62,478 bases of DNA, filler included, from Rhabdomonas costata (GCA_019059605.1; 35 parts of 35 records of this genome joined end to end with filler, not necessarily neighbours in it); one strand, 5' to 3'. Shown: positions 26,180 through 39,225, counted from the whole stretch's first letter. Notes: generated from the letters alone by a model not told the origin. Made by a program: numbers and translations.

Positions 26180-29100
26180 GTCCTTGGGCCTGGGACTTGA
26201 TAAGGGGGATTGCCTGCTCGTTCTGAATACTGCCTGCTCCACACGCGTCCTCACCTTCCCTTGCATAGCAATTTCCAGCGAAGCCCTCGGATCACCAAAA
26301 AAACCTTTATTCAGATACTCGTCTCTATTTTCTTGCTCCCCGGGCCCGTTCTGCAGTTTGTTGCAATCGGCACATGGTCGGCTCCTTCCATATTCATCTC
26401 TGTGCAGTACAGAACTGAGCCCACTGTTGTGTTTGAGTTGCCCATTGTCATATGCACGTGGTCGTTTTGTGGTTCCAGTGGAAAGGTCAGCTTTCAGCGT
26501 GGGTTCACTTTGCCTCCGTTTCTTTTCTGGGATCGTAGGATTCTTTTCCTGCCTTTTTGTTTCTTTGCCAATTGGTTCCGGTTTTGATGTACAGTCCGTG
26601 CTTATCTCATCTTCTTGCCTCCAATGCGACCAATGGGGGAGGTTGCCATCCTCGGCAACAGCCGAATAAGCCGCTGTTTTGCCTTTTTGAGGTGGTCCCC
26701 TCCTTTCTATGCATATTCTGGTGCACCGGACNNNNNNNNNNNNNNNNNNNNNNNNNNNNNNNNNNNNNNNNNNNNTTAATTAATTAANNNNNNNNNNNNN
26801 NNNNNNNNNNNNNNNNNNNNNNNNNNNNNNNAGGGGGGGTTAAACGATTTAACGTTGCTAAACGGTGTGTTACAATCAGGGGTGGAGATTTTGTATTAGG
26901 GAACCTTCCCTCGGTATTTCTGGTGTGTCGGAGGCTCCCTCCCGTGAATTTGTCCGGGAGGGGCGATCAACAGTCAGGAGATGCCGCACAAAACGGAAAG
27001 AATTATTTAGCCAGCGCCGCGGCGCGGCCGGAGCGGGCGGCTGAGACGGAACCTTATCTGGGGAGAGCGGGGAGGCCGAGCCTACCAGCATAGTTCTCTG
27101 CCTGTAGTTCACTGTGTCATGTGTGGACGCAGCCGCAAAGGAATGCGTTTCCGTGAAATTTGCGCCAACTTCTCACAGTGCTAAATGGTATAATGGCCTC
27201 TAACGTGGTCAAACCGTTTAACACCTCCCTCCCCCCAATGCATCAGACCCCAGTGATTTCACTTCAGTTCAGACCAAGCTGTCGTTCGCTTGAAGATGGA
27301 CATAAGTTTTGTGCTACAGCACACCCGACGGAAGTATCTCTGCAAGTATATCCTCTGGAAAGTCGTGCCTGGAATTTGCATCAGAAGGAGTGCTCCCTGC
27401 TTAACTCGCTTTGTAATGTGCAACAATAACACAGTAACGCATTCGTGCACCATCAAAAGCTCCAAAGTTGCCCACCAAGTATTCTCACGGATCTGTCAGT
27501 CTCCATCAGTGTCGTCGGCTTTTCCGGTCTGCCTGAACCTCAACTGCAGTCAACTGATCATCAATGATGCAACCCCACGGACGAAACCAATAAAACAGTC
27601 TTCCCCTTCGCCAAAATTCTGGTTGGAATTCAGCCGTCGCCGTTCAGGGCCAAACCCTGCGAGCTACTGTCCGCGTTTCCAAACGGAAAAGTCAGCGTGC
27701 CGAGCAGAAACAGCGCCACCGCTTCAACAAGCCAGCTGCAACCACCGCACGGCGAAGCGCAGACAGTACTGGAGTGTCCCGGTGCTCTGCACCTGCAGCA
27801 GAGATTTCCCTCTGAAAGGGAAAATGCACACGGGTGCCCCCCGTCCGCATTCCGAGGTGAAGCGTGGATTAATTCATGTATTTGAGGAACAGAAGAGGCC
27901 GGACAGGGAAACTAAACGCATTATTACGGTGGTTGGTGTGAAATGAATGCATCGGTCTTGGTGGTCCTTTAGCTTTCTGCACTGGTGAGCTGCACAGCTG
28001 CCCGGAGGTGCAGGCCGTGCTAGTGTATGTCAACCGACTCTCACTCATCCTGCCTTCCTTCCAACTTTTTCCCTTCTTTTGTTTGGCTGTATGCTTTCGC
28101 AAGCAAGATGTGGCTAGACTCGATCGAAAAGGGGGCCATCACTCTGGAAAAAAGGACAATAATGTACCCTCACGTGTGCAAACGCTTGCCAGGGCCTGTT
28201 TCCTCCCAATAATGATTGGATTCCATGAAGTGTTTCTTCCACTTCCACCGACAATACCGCCTGGTCCATATTTTGGGCACAGCACCGTTCGCTCCAACGG
28301 CACCTCTCGCGGACCCGTGGCCAACAGCGCGTGAGCCAGTCAGCCCTCAGTCACAGTGGTCACCAACAGTCAACCAGGCAACAGCCAGAGTGCAGTGCGC
28401 CCAACAAACATCTTGGTTTCCTGCAAGCTTGAAGGGACAACGACCTGTGAGCACACATCCTCCATCTGGTGTGGTGACTCGGTTAAACTGACCCCCACCC
28501 TCCGAAAGGAACCAAAACCCNNNNNNNNNNNNNNNNNNNNNNNNNNNNNNNNNNNNNNNNNNNNTTAATTAATTAANNNNNNNNNNNNNNNNNNNNNNNN
28601 NNNNNNNNNNNNNNNNNNNNCTCGGGGTAAGTCTGCGGCAACAAGAGGTGTGCTGCGATTAAAAGGATGGGGTTGGTGGAGGGGGGACGGAATTAAGAAA
28701 GGCCAATAGTACCTGAGGAGGAGGGTATCGGTCCAGGGAATCGCACCACGAGCCGCCACGGCAGGCCGTTCTGGTACTTCCGGGGTTGCTGGGAAGATGA
28801 GCCTCACGCGTCCATTGTGAGTGGATGTGTATATTTAGCCTCCTGGCTGCCGCGGTGAGCGTAACTGTCCCACCGGAGAGCCTACCGCTCGAACCTATGG
28901 CCGCTGGAACTTAAATTCAACTTGACCCCAGGGAGAGATCAAGAAACAACTTTGGGGAAGAGGAGGGGACAAAAATCAGCAAGGTACCGGATGCGTCATC
29001 GGGAGCGTTCTTTTTTTTGCATTACAAGAGGAAGTGGAACGTCCTGGTGTTCTGCGATATTCTCTGTAATGCAGACGTTGGTGTCGTGGATGGGTTGTCT

Positions 29101-30092
29101 CACAGACCAAAGAGTGAGCGGCTTCTCCAAGAGCCTATCCCGGGCAAGCCTCACAGCGCCTCTGAGTCTGGCAAGCCTTCGGAGCCAGTCTCGTGCTGCA
29201 AGTAGGCTCTACCGTGGACGGGACTCTTAGTTGGTTTAGCAATACAGTTATGCGCCTTGGTGTGAGAATGCTGCGGCAGATTTGATCTCTCTTGTCGCGG
29301 CTCTCATTGGTGCACCGTGTGGGCCCGCGGAAAAAGAAAGCGAGAGAGGTTGACAAGGTTCCCTTTCTTAGGGTTTTCGGGGGGTCGATTTGGGCCTGCA
29401 CCCATTGCCGCGGCCTTTTGTGCATTGGCCTCCCCTTGGGGGACGCTTCTCAGTGAGAGAGAGTTTGTGGTCAGCGAGGTGGACCCTGGTCCTATGTGGG
29501 CCACGGAGTGCATGTTCGTGTGTTTTTGCTGCCTTTTTTTGTGCTGCTACTGCTGATTTTTGCATTGTCAGGCGAGTTTCGGAACGGGTGATATGTTATA
29601 CCCTTGTTTCCCAGGGTACCGTAGATGGGTGCGCGGCTCAAGTAACCCACATTCAAAAAGGTATTTCTCCCGACGAGCAAAGTAGGCTTGGAAAAACGCA
29701 TTCGAAATAATTGGAAGTGCTGTTCGGAGCGTTCATGGTTCTGGTGTTTATCATGGAGAGAGAGTGCCGTGTGCGCGTGAATTTCTCAAGGACTTCTTCT
29801 GCCCAGCAGAGGAGTTGGACGATCTACCTCGCCTTGTGACCGTGAAATTATTTGTGTGTGTGTGACGGCGAATGCCTTGCACGAAGTAAGACGGCAGTGG
29901 CACTTTCTTCGCCTGAAGACCGGGATTTGCTTTGCCGGTGGGATTCTCCGCTCTTCGCCATCTTTCAAGGGTGCTTCCGAGCCCTTTCGGTGATTGTCCA
30001 ACATCATTGCAGTGACCCCCATCGCACCTTCGCGCCGTTCCCCCATCGGTGCATTTCGTTTTTGCCCCTCACCGCCGAAGCCACACACAACT

Positions 30093-30305
30093 ATGGCTCT
30101 GCCGTGCCAGAAATTTGCGGATCCGGACCTGCGGTACCTGTGCCGGAGGGAAGTCCCGAGGTTCGTTGATGACCTCGTGCGCAGCATCTTGGAGGCCAAG
30201 CCCGACAGCATTGAGGAGCACGTCGCGCGGTTCGCCCTGTCCCGGCTCTCCCCGGAGGCCCGCGCCCGCGTCCTCGCAGCGCCGCCCCTGGTGGTCCCCC
30301 CACCC
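30093..30305 (+). CDS. N-terminal exon with an RIIa/Dpy-30-like dimerization/docking domain
   Basis: MALPCQKFADPDLRYLCRREVPRFVDDLVRSILEAKPDSIEEHVARFALS fits YLxxxxVPxxxxxLxxxLLxxKPxx. High GC3, and a pyrimidine tract+AG at 30079-30080 precedes the ATG. Confidence 0.7.
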
Positions 30306-30924
30306 NNNNNNNNNNNNNNNNNNNNNNNNNNNNNNNNNNNNNNNNNNNNTTAATTAATTAANNNNNNNNNNNNNNNNNNNNNNNNNNNNNNNNNNNNNNN
30401 NNNNNGGTGGTTGTTGAGGAGAAATTCGGTGCATGATCAACAAGTTGTGAGAATGCAAAATCGAGCCCTGCAGAATGGCGTTTGATCCCGCGACACAAAA
30501 ACCAGCGGAGGGCATGCCCACTATACTAGCACGGCAGGTGGAAAGTAAAGCAAGAAAAAGGAATTATATCGCCTGGATGTCCCTTTATCTGTATATTGGC
30601 TTGGTCTAGTCTATGTGCTAGATCTGGTGCTGGCTTAGTGGTCATGGCCTATTGCTCGCAGGTGTAAGTCCGCCGGTTCAAACCCCAGTACAGTGCACCC
30701 CTTGGTTGCGCCCCCCTAGTTTTCACGGCCTTAAGTCTGGACGGTCCAAAAGTGGTGCTCCAGACGAATCCAAGCTGCCCGGCAGTCTGCATTCCTCTTG
30801 GCTGCTTCGTTTGGTTTTTTGGATTCCCACGTTGTCAGATGAGGAAACTTACAGCACAATACCACCACAGCACATCACCTTTGGTACACAAAAAAAGCGT
30901 ACTCCCCAAACCCATCGACTCAAG

Positions 30925-31909
30925 TTACAGCGACAGCGAATGGTATTCCGGAGGCGATAGTAACTGAGTGTGTGCGATGTCCGGAGGAGTCATCGGGCCA
31001 GTGGGACCCTGCGCACGAAAGATCAGCACTGCGGCCATTACAGCCGCAAGCAGGAAAAGCACCGCAACTTTGATAACGGCCCGAGCCACTGCCCAAAAGC
31101 CTCTGGAACCACAGCTGCACGGCTGCTCCATGGCGGGTAGGGAATTTCGTTTGGCAGCCGTCTCCAAAATCGGTTTGGAGTCACCCTGTTCCACAGCTGC
31201 AGGAGGTGAAAGCGGAGGAACAGGTACCGGAGATGGTGGTTGCGGTCCGGGCTTGCGGTCCGGCTCGAGCTCTGCCCGAAGTTTGGCCAGCTCCTCCTGC
31301 AGCGCGGCATTCTTCTGCTGCAGAGCCATGGCTTTGGCACGCCACTGGGGCGGCTGAAGTTGCTCCGGTGGCTGTGGCGATGGCGTTGGTGCAGGGGGCT
31401 TCTCAACCGCAGAAACCTCTGGTGTGGTACCATGAGAGAATAGCGCCGCAAAGGCTTGCTGGAAGTCCTTTTCATACGCCACCTCACGAACCTGAACAAA
31501 AGGGGGGCACATCCTGGTAGAAACAATTCAGGGCAAATAAGGAGATTGCATAGAGGTCTTGCCCGTACGCAGTTTGTGTTGGTCTCACGGAAGGCTGCCA
31601 CGGCTTTTAGTGGGTCAGAACTCTCATCCCATGCGGTCGGGGCGCAACTCTTCGTCGGGGCTAAAATAAAAACTCAAAGCCCGAAATAATATGTAAAAGG
31701 AAACCCCGCAAGAGCATAGGTCCCTTCCGAACAAGACACTGCCGCCGGCGCAGACCTTCCATGTTTCCATGGTGTGCACGGGGGCTGACTCAGTGAAAAA
31801 ATCTCATGTGAGGGCTGGGGAGAGTTGGGGCGGATAGCGGCCCAGTCAGGCGAGGAAAATACGCACCGCTGCAAAGATCGCAGCTTCCAGCTCCACCGGG
31901 TCTTCCATG
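30925..31909 (-). CDS. Coiled-coil, Pro-rich protein with a C-terminal transmembrane helix (tail-anchored-like)
   Basis: An exon ending at 31867 (MEDPVELEAAIFAA|gt) splices in phase 0 to 31491-30925 (VREVAYEKDFQQAF...LQQKNAALQEELAKLRAEL...VIKVAVLFLLAAVMAAVLIF...SLSL*). Confidence 0.6.
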
Positions 31910-32255
31910 GGCGCTCTTGGGCTGAACTCCATCCGCCATCCCGAACCCAACGTCGGCCACTGCACAGCTGAATGTCCCCCGCAACTGCCGAGGGTGAGCG
32001 CCCCGGTGAGCGTCCTGTTGGCCGTCGTGGAATCTACTGTCACTAGCTCTGCGAAAGACGAAGGAGAGCACTTCGCCTCATTCACCCCAACCCNNNNNNN
32101 NNNNNNNNNNNNNNNNNNNNNNNNNNNNNNNNNNNNNTTAATTAATTAANNNNNNNNNNNNNNNNNNNNNNNNNNNNNNNNNNNNNNNNNNNNTGTTGTT
32201 TGTTCTTTACGGCGTGATGTATGAGATCAGCTTTTGCTCCTCCAACTTTGCGCAG

Positions 32256-32925
32256 TTTTCTGCCCCACGGGTGCCATTGTGGAAAAGGACCACATTCAGG
32301 ACGTCCTGAAGGCCCAGAAGGTCTTTTTTTGGCGAGGCTTTCTTGCTGCCGATTTTTCTTTCCTGTTCCCTAATCGAACGGTTTGTTTTTGGTTACAGGC
32401 TGAGAAGATTATGATTCTCCAGAGTGCCCCTGCAACCCGCGTCGCCATTGCCGAGCTGTTTGGGGCCCCCCCAGGCACCATCGCGACAGGGAAGCTGGTG
32501 GGCGCGGCCCATGCCGCGGGATTCTCGCACGTCTTCGACACGAACTTCGCCGCGGACTTGGTTTGCTTCTTTTCCCCACATTACCTTTTTTCTTTTCCCT
32601 TGCCCTTGCGAGGTGCCATGTTTTTTTCTGTCCTTTGTTCCCAGACCATCATGGAAGAGGGCACGGAGTTTCTGAAGCGCCTGAAGAATGGTGGGCCCTT
32701 CCCCATGTTTACGTCTTGGTATGGAACTTACTGTTGCTGTCTTGTATGTGGTTCCAGCCTTGAGGTATTTGGCCTCGCATTGTTCCGCCTTTTGTGTCAG
32801 CTGCCCGGCCTGGATTAACCTGGTTGAGAAGAGGTATCCCGAGTTCATTCCCAACCTCTCGACTTGCCGCTCGCCCCAGATGATGATGGGTTCCACCATC
32901 AAGTCGTACTGGGCGCAGAAGCTCG
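32256..32925 (+). CDS. hydA: [FeFe]-hydrogenase (group A), internal exons: end of the ferredoxin-like F-domain and first half of the H-domain
   Basis: Exons 32256-32320, 32399-32560, 32645-32718 and 32801-32925 with GT-AG introns of 78, 84 and 82 nt: FCPTGAIVEKDHIQDVLKAQKAEKIMILQSAPATRVAIAELFGAPPGTIATGKLVGAAHAAGFSHVFDTNFAADLTIMEEGTEFLKRLKNGGPFPMFTSCCPAWINLVEKRYPEFIPNLSTCRSPQMMMGSTIKSYWAQKL. The P1 motif TSCCPxW, ADLTIMEE and STCRSPQ are intact. Confidence 0.96.
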
Positions 32926-35802
32926 GTGAGTTCTTTGCACTAACGTGCCCTTTGTTTCAGCGGGGGGGGGGGGATTCATTTTTTTGCATTGGTCCGGTTC
33001 CGGGTTGTCTGAAAGCGCGCATGAAAACGCATCTGGCATTGTGCGTTATAAATTCCGAATATTTGGTGGGATTAGTTGAACGACGAACAGGGCATACCCC
33101 TACAAACGCGTTACCAAGGGTTCAGGTGAAAAGCAAATAAATTACACGCGGACACAAAGATCAACGAGAAGCTGCAAAGTAGAAGGGGATGAAGATGGGA
33201 TAGGAGTTGAAGAGGTAGGGAGGTGGAGATGTCGGCAAAGAACACTTTGGATGAGGGGGATATCAAAAAGTTGTGCACTCTCTCACACACTGTGGGAGAT
33301 GAGCTCGCACGCATTTGGGACGCCCACACCAACCTGTAATGGAACCAGGAGAGACGTGGGGAAGTCAGCCTGGTGGCACAAAAGAGCCTTCCCGACAACT
33401 CGCGGGGCGAAGTGTCTCTCCCACGGCGAATACCACCACTTGCCTTTCCAAGACCAATGAGACACCCAGAAGGGAGCGAGGGTCAGGGGGTCATTAGGCG
33501 CCCATTAGCAAGAAGGTTGACGACCTTGGTGACAGCAAGAAAACCTGAACAGCGGAAGGCCCGCACTGCAGGAGTTCCCGTTGGTGGGCGAAGACCGGAC
33601 GGTACGGCCGAGAATCCGGGGGTAAACGAGAGCGCAGCCTCCCCAACCTCGGAGGTGGTCAGGTCCAAGACGGGTTCTGCAGGTTGGGCTGGATGAAGCA
33701 TTTGGCATTCGGCCTGTGGGGCCGATTCGCTGAACGCTGCTGTCGCTGAGGATGCACTCAAAGAAATGCACTCGGGGAGAGGGAGCGGCAAGGGGCAGGA
33801 CCATGCATTCGGACCGTTGGGAGGCACGTGTGCAGGAGAGAGAGGAAGGGACATCGAGAGCAACAGCAACAACACAAACACNNNNNNNNNNNNNNNNNNN
33901 NNNNNNNNNNNNNNNNNNNNNNNNNTTAATTAATTAANNNNNNNNNNNNNNNNNNNNNNNNNNNNNNNNNNNNNNNNNNNNTTGTTTTCCTGGAGGTACT
34001 CATCTTGGGTTCCCCTTGGCTTCTTCAGTGCTGCCGTGTTCCGCTTGCGTGCCTTCCTTTTGTGGTGTGTACCTGCCCGTGTGGTTTTGAGGGGCGGTTG
34101 TCCAGGCCCCTCTTTGTGTGCTTCTAGCTCTGTTTGTTGTCATCGAATCCAATACTGTTGTGCAAAAGTGCTTTTTTTTGCCGTGTGCTGTGGTCTCCAT
34201 GCGGAGGGTTTGGCTAAATTTTGGGGAGGGGTGATTCAGCTTGCCATGTGTCTTGTATCAACTGATAGTTTAGAATGATTTTTTGTTATCATTGACTTGT
34301 CAGCGAAGACACGACACAACGTTTCGCCGTATATGCGTATATATCCCCCAACACCGGTATGCGGGGTGTGGAGTAGAGTAGAAGGAAAACGCGATTCCCT
34401 ATCCTGCGCTACTCCGTCCTGTACGGAAAGCGAATGCAAAGACAACAAAGGAGAGGAAGGCTGATCTTTGCTTAAATTCGCCGCCTTTTTCACGACTTCC
34501 GTTCAACCGGTGCATTTCTGCACACATATGCGCAGAGGCGGTTTTTCCAAATATTCCAAATATTTGTCAAGCGTCGGAGCCTTGTGTTTGAGCTCGACTG
34601 TCTGCGTGTGGAACTGGGTCTCTCATCTGGTGGGATAAATTGATGGCCTCCTCGAGTTCGTGCTCCCTGTACATTGAAGACTTCGCCGAAATCCCGGGGA
34701 CCCACGATGAACAGGGCCAATGCCGCACCTTGAGATGCCCATGGGGAAGCGTGGGGCTGCATCCCCGCCGTCCCCCAACGTCTGACGAAAGACCTCTGGG
34801 GCTAGCAGCGGTGATCCAGGTGGTGCCTCCTCACTCACGTTACATGTCCTCTGTTGTTGTACGTCCCTTTTTTTTTTTCTGTTTTTCCATATGCAGATAT
34901 GCAGGTGTGGAACAAAAGGAATCTGGGAAATTTGCAGCGCATCTCCTCTCTTTTCAATGTGCTGGACTTTCCCAGGGAGCTATAACATCTTGGAACCCTC
35001 CTCCCTCCCACCTTTTCTCCTTTTGCTCCTGGGAAGTGTTATGGGTTACCCGCACATTGCTGAGTATGGCGAACACATTTCATTGATTGTCTCATCTTAG
35101 GTGATTTTTCTTTGTGTGTGTGTGTGGGGGGGGAGGAACTCCTAAATTCTCCTTTTCCATCCATTGATTGTCTAGCTCTGCAGAGCCATCTTTCTTCACG
35201 CTGGGGTCTGTATATCCGAAGATCTGCATGATCTGTGGGCACCGGTACGGTTTTGCTTAAAAAAAGCAATGGTCCGTTTTGTGGCCGGTGTACCTCAAGT
35301 CCGTCTTGAAGTGTCATGGGTAATGGAAGGTGCTTGCGGTTGGTTTGGTAATGCAATGCCCTGCTCTGTCCCCATCTTGGGTGCCTGTTTCCTTGGCAGC
35401 GTCAAGACGAGGCGATCGCCATGCTTTCGGCCGAAGTGCAGCAACTACGCGAGGAGTTTGGTCAGGTGCGTCCCCTCCCCCGCTCTTTACTTTGGAAACA
35501 ACTTGTGAAGTTAGAGGGGATTATCGAGTATTGACGAAAAAGAGCTTTCCAGTGGCCTGTTTTCAAGCGCTCATTGGCCCGAACTGAAGATGTTCGTCGA
35601 AAGCTTTTCCTTTGCAGCGAGGCGTGGGATTGTGCTTTTCCTTTGTTACACAGGAAAAGCACAAACCCANNNNNNNNNNNNNNNNNNNNNNNNNNNNNNN
35701 NNNNNNNNNNNNNTTAATTAATTAANNNNNNNNNNNNNNNNNNNNNNNNNNNNNNNNNNNNNNNNNNNNGGGGTTTTTTTTGGGGGGGGGCAAGAAGCAC
35801 AC

Positions 35803-37457
35803 CTGGTGTGCAGTGGTAGTGAGCACGATGCGGTCGTGGTCCAGATTACCGTGGATTCCAGCCTGGGGGGAGTGCAACAGTGGGGGGAGCTCCTCGAAGG
35901 ATGACAGGGGGACGCCCAGGAGGGCAGACAACACGGCCAGAATGTTGCGCAGGCTGGGGTACACCTGCGGGAGAACATTTCCATCCTTCACAATGGTTCC
36001 ACTTCACAGTGTCCCCCCGTTTGCGGGAGAAGGCTTGCTACCTCACTCCACTCGTACGACTAGATCCCCAAAAAAAAGGAGCACGCACATACACACACAC
36101 GTTTATGCGTTAACGTTCCCTCCCCAAAATACAATGGTCTTCAGGTCTCCACAACTGCATCGACGGCAATCGCTGTGCTGGAACCACAATACCGCAATAC
36201 TTTTGATGACACCCGTCACCACCTCACCGGATCCCACTGACATCACCTTTTCCGTGGCATTGCCCTGGAAGGCTGGATTTCCGGAATGGAGAAACAAGAT
36301 CACAGACGGATGAGGGTACATTATCACTATTTTGGGCTCGCATTCTTCCGGAGGCTGGTGAGGGGGTGCAGACTAAACGGGAAGTAATACCGCTCCGATT
36401 TTAGACGGAACAGCACATCGAACGTGTACACAGCCCGAGCCACACACCTCATAGAGTTTTTCAGGTTCTCCGCTGAGGTAGCGGACTCCAGGCAGGTTGC
36501 TGCACAAGTCCATCCAAGCCTGCAGACAGAAATGGAGAGGTTCTTCAGAAGTCATCAGCGACGTTGCAGAATATTCGAGAGTGCACATATCTCCCCAAGA
36601 GCAGTCATGACAATACAAAACCTGCGGCAAGAGCAAACCGTGAAAGAGGAATGGGCAGGTGACTTGCACAAGCACACTCACATGCGCACATTGCTCTCGG
36701 GTGGAGTGGCCTGATGGGCGGGCAGTTTGGCGGTAATCGCCTCGGCGTAGAACTCCTTCAGAGCGGCAGTGCAGGTCGCCGGCAGGCGCTCTGGCCTCAG
36801 AGTGCCAGTGGTATGGTCCCACAGCAGATGCTCCAGAACCTCTCGAACTACAATCTGAACAGAGTGAACTCAAGCACGGTGTAAAAACCTCTCAGTGAAG
36901 GAAAAAGGGAGGGTAGGTTTTACCTGGCGCTGAACTAAAATCGCCGCTGAGGTATTCGTCTTCGCGAATGTCCCGCAATAATCGGGTGTGCGGAAGAAAG
37001 CGGGCATTCTTTTCACTTGTAACCATACACTACACAAGTAAACAACCGCTGACCCACCAATCGTCCGCTCGATGTGCCAAGCTCGTTCTTGTCAAACCGA
37101 TTTGATCACCCCCTCGCGATGCACGGCACGCAGTGAACGTACACACATAATTCCTTAGAATCGCGTCACATCACATCAGATGTGCGCCTTTCTGTTCGTC
37201 ACATCACCGTTTATATTGCTTTGAAGTGGGGGTTGTTCCTGTGGGGTGACTATGCACACCTCGGCGCAGTCCCCTTTCTTGGGTTGCCCAGCGAAGCCGT
37301 ATTTCCCCTCCTTCAGAGCCGGCCGAGTGTCCATCAAGGAACTCAACGCGAAAACGGCGCTCTCGTAGGCCTCCGCACGCTCACTCAGGCCCGCCCCGGG
37401 CTGAGCCAGAAGCATCCCTGCTGCCTCTGCGACGGAGTCGGGTACAACCCCAAAACC
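35803..37457 (-). CDS. Uncharacterised protein (DCxE...RE...LLWD...W...Y...YE motif pattern), 4 exons, partial
   Basis: Phase-0 exons 37457-37260, 36854-36690, 36519-36448 and 35964-35803: ...GKYGFAGQPKKGDCAE/IVVREVLEHLLWDHTTGTLRPERLPATCTAALKEFY.../AWMDLCSNLPGVRYLSGEPEKLYE/VYPSLRNILAVLSALLG. The three complete exons are multiples of 3 with GT-AG ends. Confidence 0.8.
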
Positions 37458-37751
37458 NNNNNNNNNNNNNNNNNNNNNNNNNNNNNNNNNNNNNNNNNNN
37501 NTTAATTAATTAANNNNNNNNNNNNNNNNNNNNNNNNNNNNNNNNNNNNNNNNNNNNGGTGTTTGGGGCAAAACGTGTGCATCAAAAAGTGGGTGTCCAT
37601 GGCGATATTTCCGTGATTGTGTGCTCCTTCATGCAACGTGCCTTACGCGCTTGCCCGAGGTTACTCGGGCCCCAGTTCGCTGAGATGTGGAAAGTGTAGG
37701 TCTTGGCCGTCTCGCTCTCTCGGGAACGGGTGTGTGGTCTTTCCCGGGTAG

Positions 37752-39225
37752 GATGAGATGCTTCAGCTGAAGAAGAAGTACGAGGAGGCCGTGGAGGACC
37801 GCAACTTCACGGGCATCCAGCTGATCGACCGGTTGCGTGTCCCTTATCCCCTCTCAACTTTCAACTGTAGTGTGATGCACGTTGTTCTCTTAGCTTTTTT
37901 CTGTTTTCTTATGCTCTGGTGTTTGCACAGCTCTGCCTAAATGCAACGGGTTTCCTTTCCAATTGTTGTTTTGTAGGTGGAACGTTCGGTGTCGCTGAGT
38001 GGGGTACGCCTCTTTCTCTTTCTTACAGGAACGATGAGCTGTGCATTCTCTATGAGAAGTTTAACATCCAGGAGAACATCCTGAAGGCGGGGCAGATGGA
38101 GCTCAGCACCAGGGAAGCCGAGGTCCGGGCCATGGCCCTGCAGCTAACGTACGCCTGCCCCCCACCCCACTTTCGTGTGAGGTGTTTGAATTTCTTGACC
38201 TGCTTAAATGAGGATGTTATCACTGAATTGTCTCAAAAAGATGCGACACTCATGGGAGGGGTGAGGGCGTTGACAACCGCTGGTCAGGGGGTTGCGGTGG
38301 GGTGTAGGTAGCATTGTACTTGCCACACCCCTCGTTGCAGACAAAATAAACAATGACCGTACCCAGCCGCCCCCTCCCCTCCTGGGGCTCGTCATTGTTC
38401 GTAAAAGTGCTGGCATTCATCCCGAAACACAATTTGCGGCAGCAAGCGATGCGGCCGCAACCGGTCGCAATCGGTCACACACAGGTACGAACGCTATGGT
38501 ATGGTATGTTTGCGTGGTGCAGTGACCTGCAGCGGGAGATCGACGTGTGCCAGAAGCAGCTCCCCAAGGTGAAGGAGCACGAGGAGGAGTTGGCATCGCT
38601 GACGGAGCAGCTTGAGGACGAGAAGTGGCGGGTGACACTCCTGGAGGAGGACCTGGTGGACCCTAAGAATGACTCCCGGTGGCGAAAGCTCGGCCCCGTG
38701 AAGAAGGGCGTGGGTGTGTGCACACTTGCGTTGCCCCCTCCCCTTGTGGGTTGGGCTGAGGGGTGCCGCGTCTGTCTTTGTGGACGTGTTTATTATTATG
38801 GTTTTGAACACAACAACACATGTGAGTTCACATGGTTCGAAATGGGAGGGAGGGAGGGAGGATTTGTAATCATTATTAAAAATCCGAACGTTTTCACCAC
38901 CTGGGTGTACGATGGGCTGTACCCCGTGCTTCCTTTTCCCTTTCCAAGCAGCAGCGAAGATTCGCGTATTCAAGGAAGAATGCTACGTTACCGTAAGAGG
39001 GGTAAGAAAAAATGGTGGTCACGCATGGTCCTGTGCTTCTGTGGTTATGTGGGGATGGGGGTGACTCAGAGGGGGAGAACCCCGAGGACCCGGCCGCCTT
39101 GCAGGCCCGGGAGCAGGAACTGGAGCAGAAGCTCTACCGCGAGCACGAGAAGTTGATGGAGAAGGAGCTCATCCTGGAGGAGGTCACGGAGCTCAGCGAC
39201 CGCCTACGGAAGCAGGCTGTCAATG
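37752..39225 (+). CDS. CCDC146: Flagellar coiled-coil protein CCDC146/MBO2 family, internal exons
   Basis: Exons 37752-37831, 38029-38148, 38523-38713 and 39070-39225: [33 protein letters not shown]...DPKNDSRWRKLG...KLMEKELILEEVTELSDRLRKQA. Confidence 0.9.

Noticed and set aside
27290-27946. 218-aa ORF as a real gene
   Set aside because: No motifs, no coding-like codon bias and no coherent splice structure.
32256-32925. Nar1/NARF (CIA pathway) protein or bacterial contaminant hydrogenase
   Set aside because: TSCCPAW, APA, ADLTIMEE and an adjacent CPTGAI F-cluster motif fit true hydrogenases, and three spliceosomal introns exclude a prokaryote.
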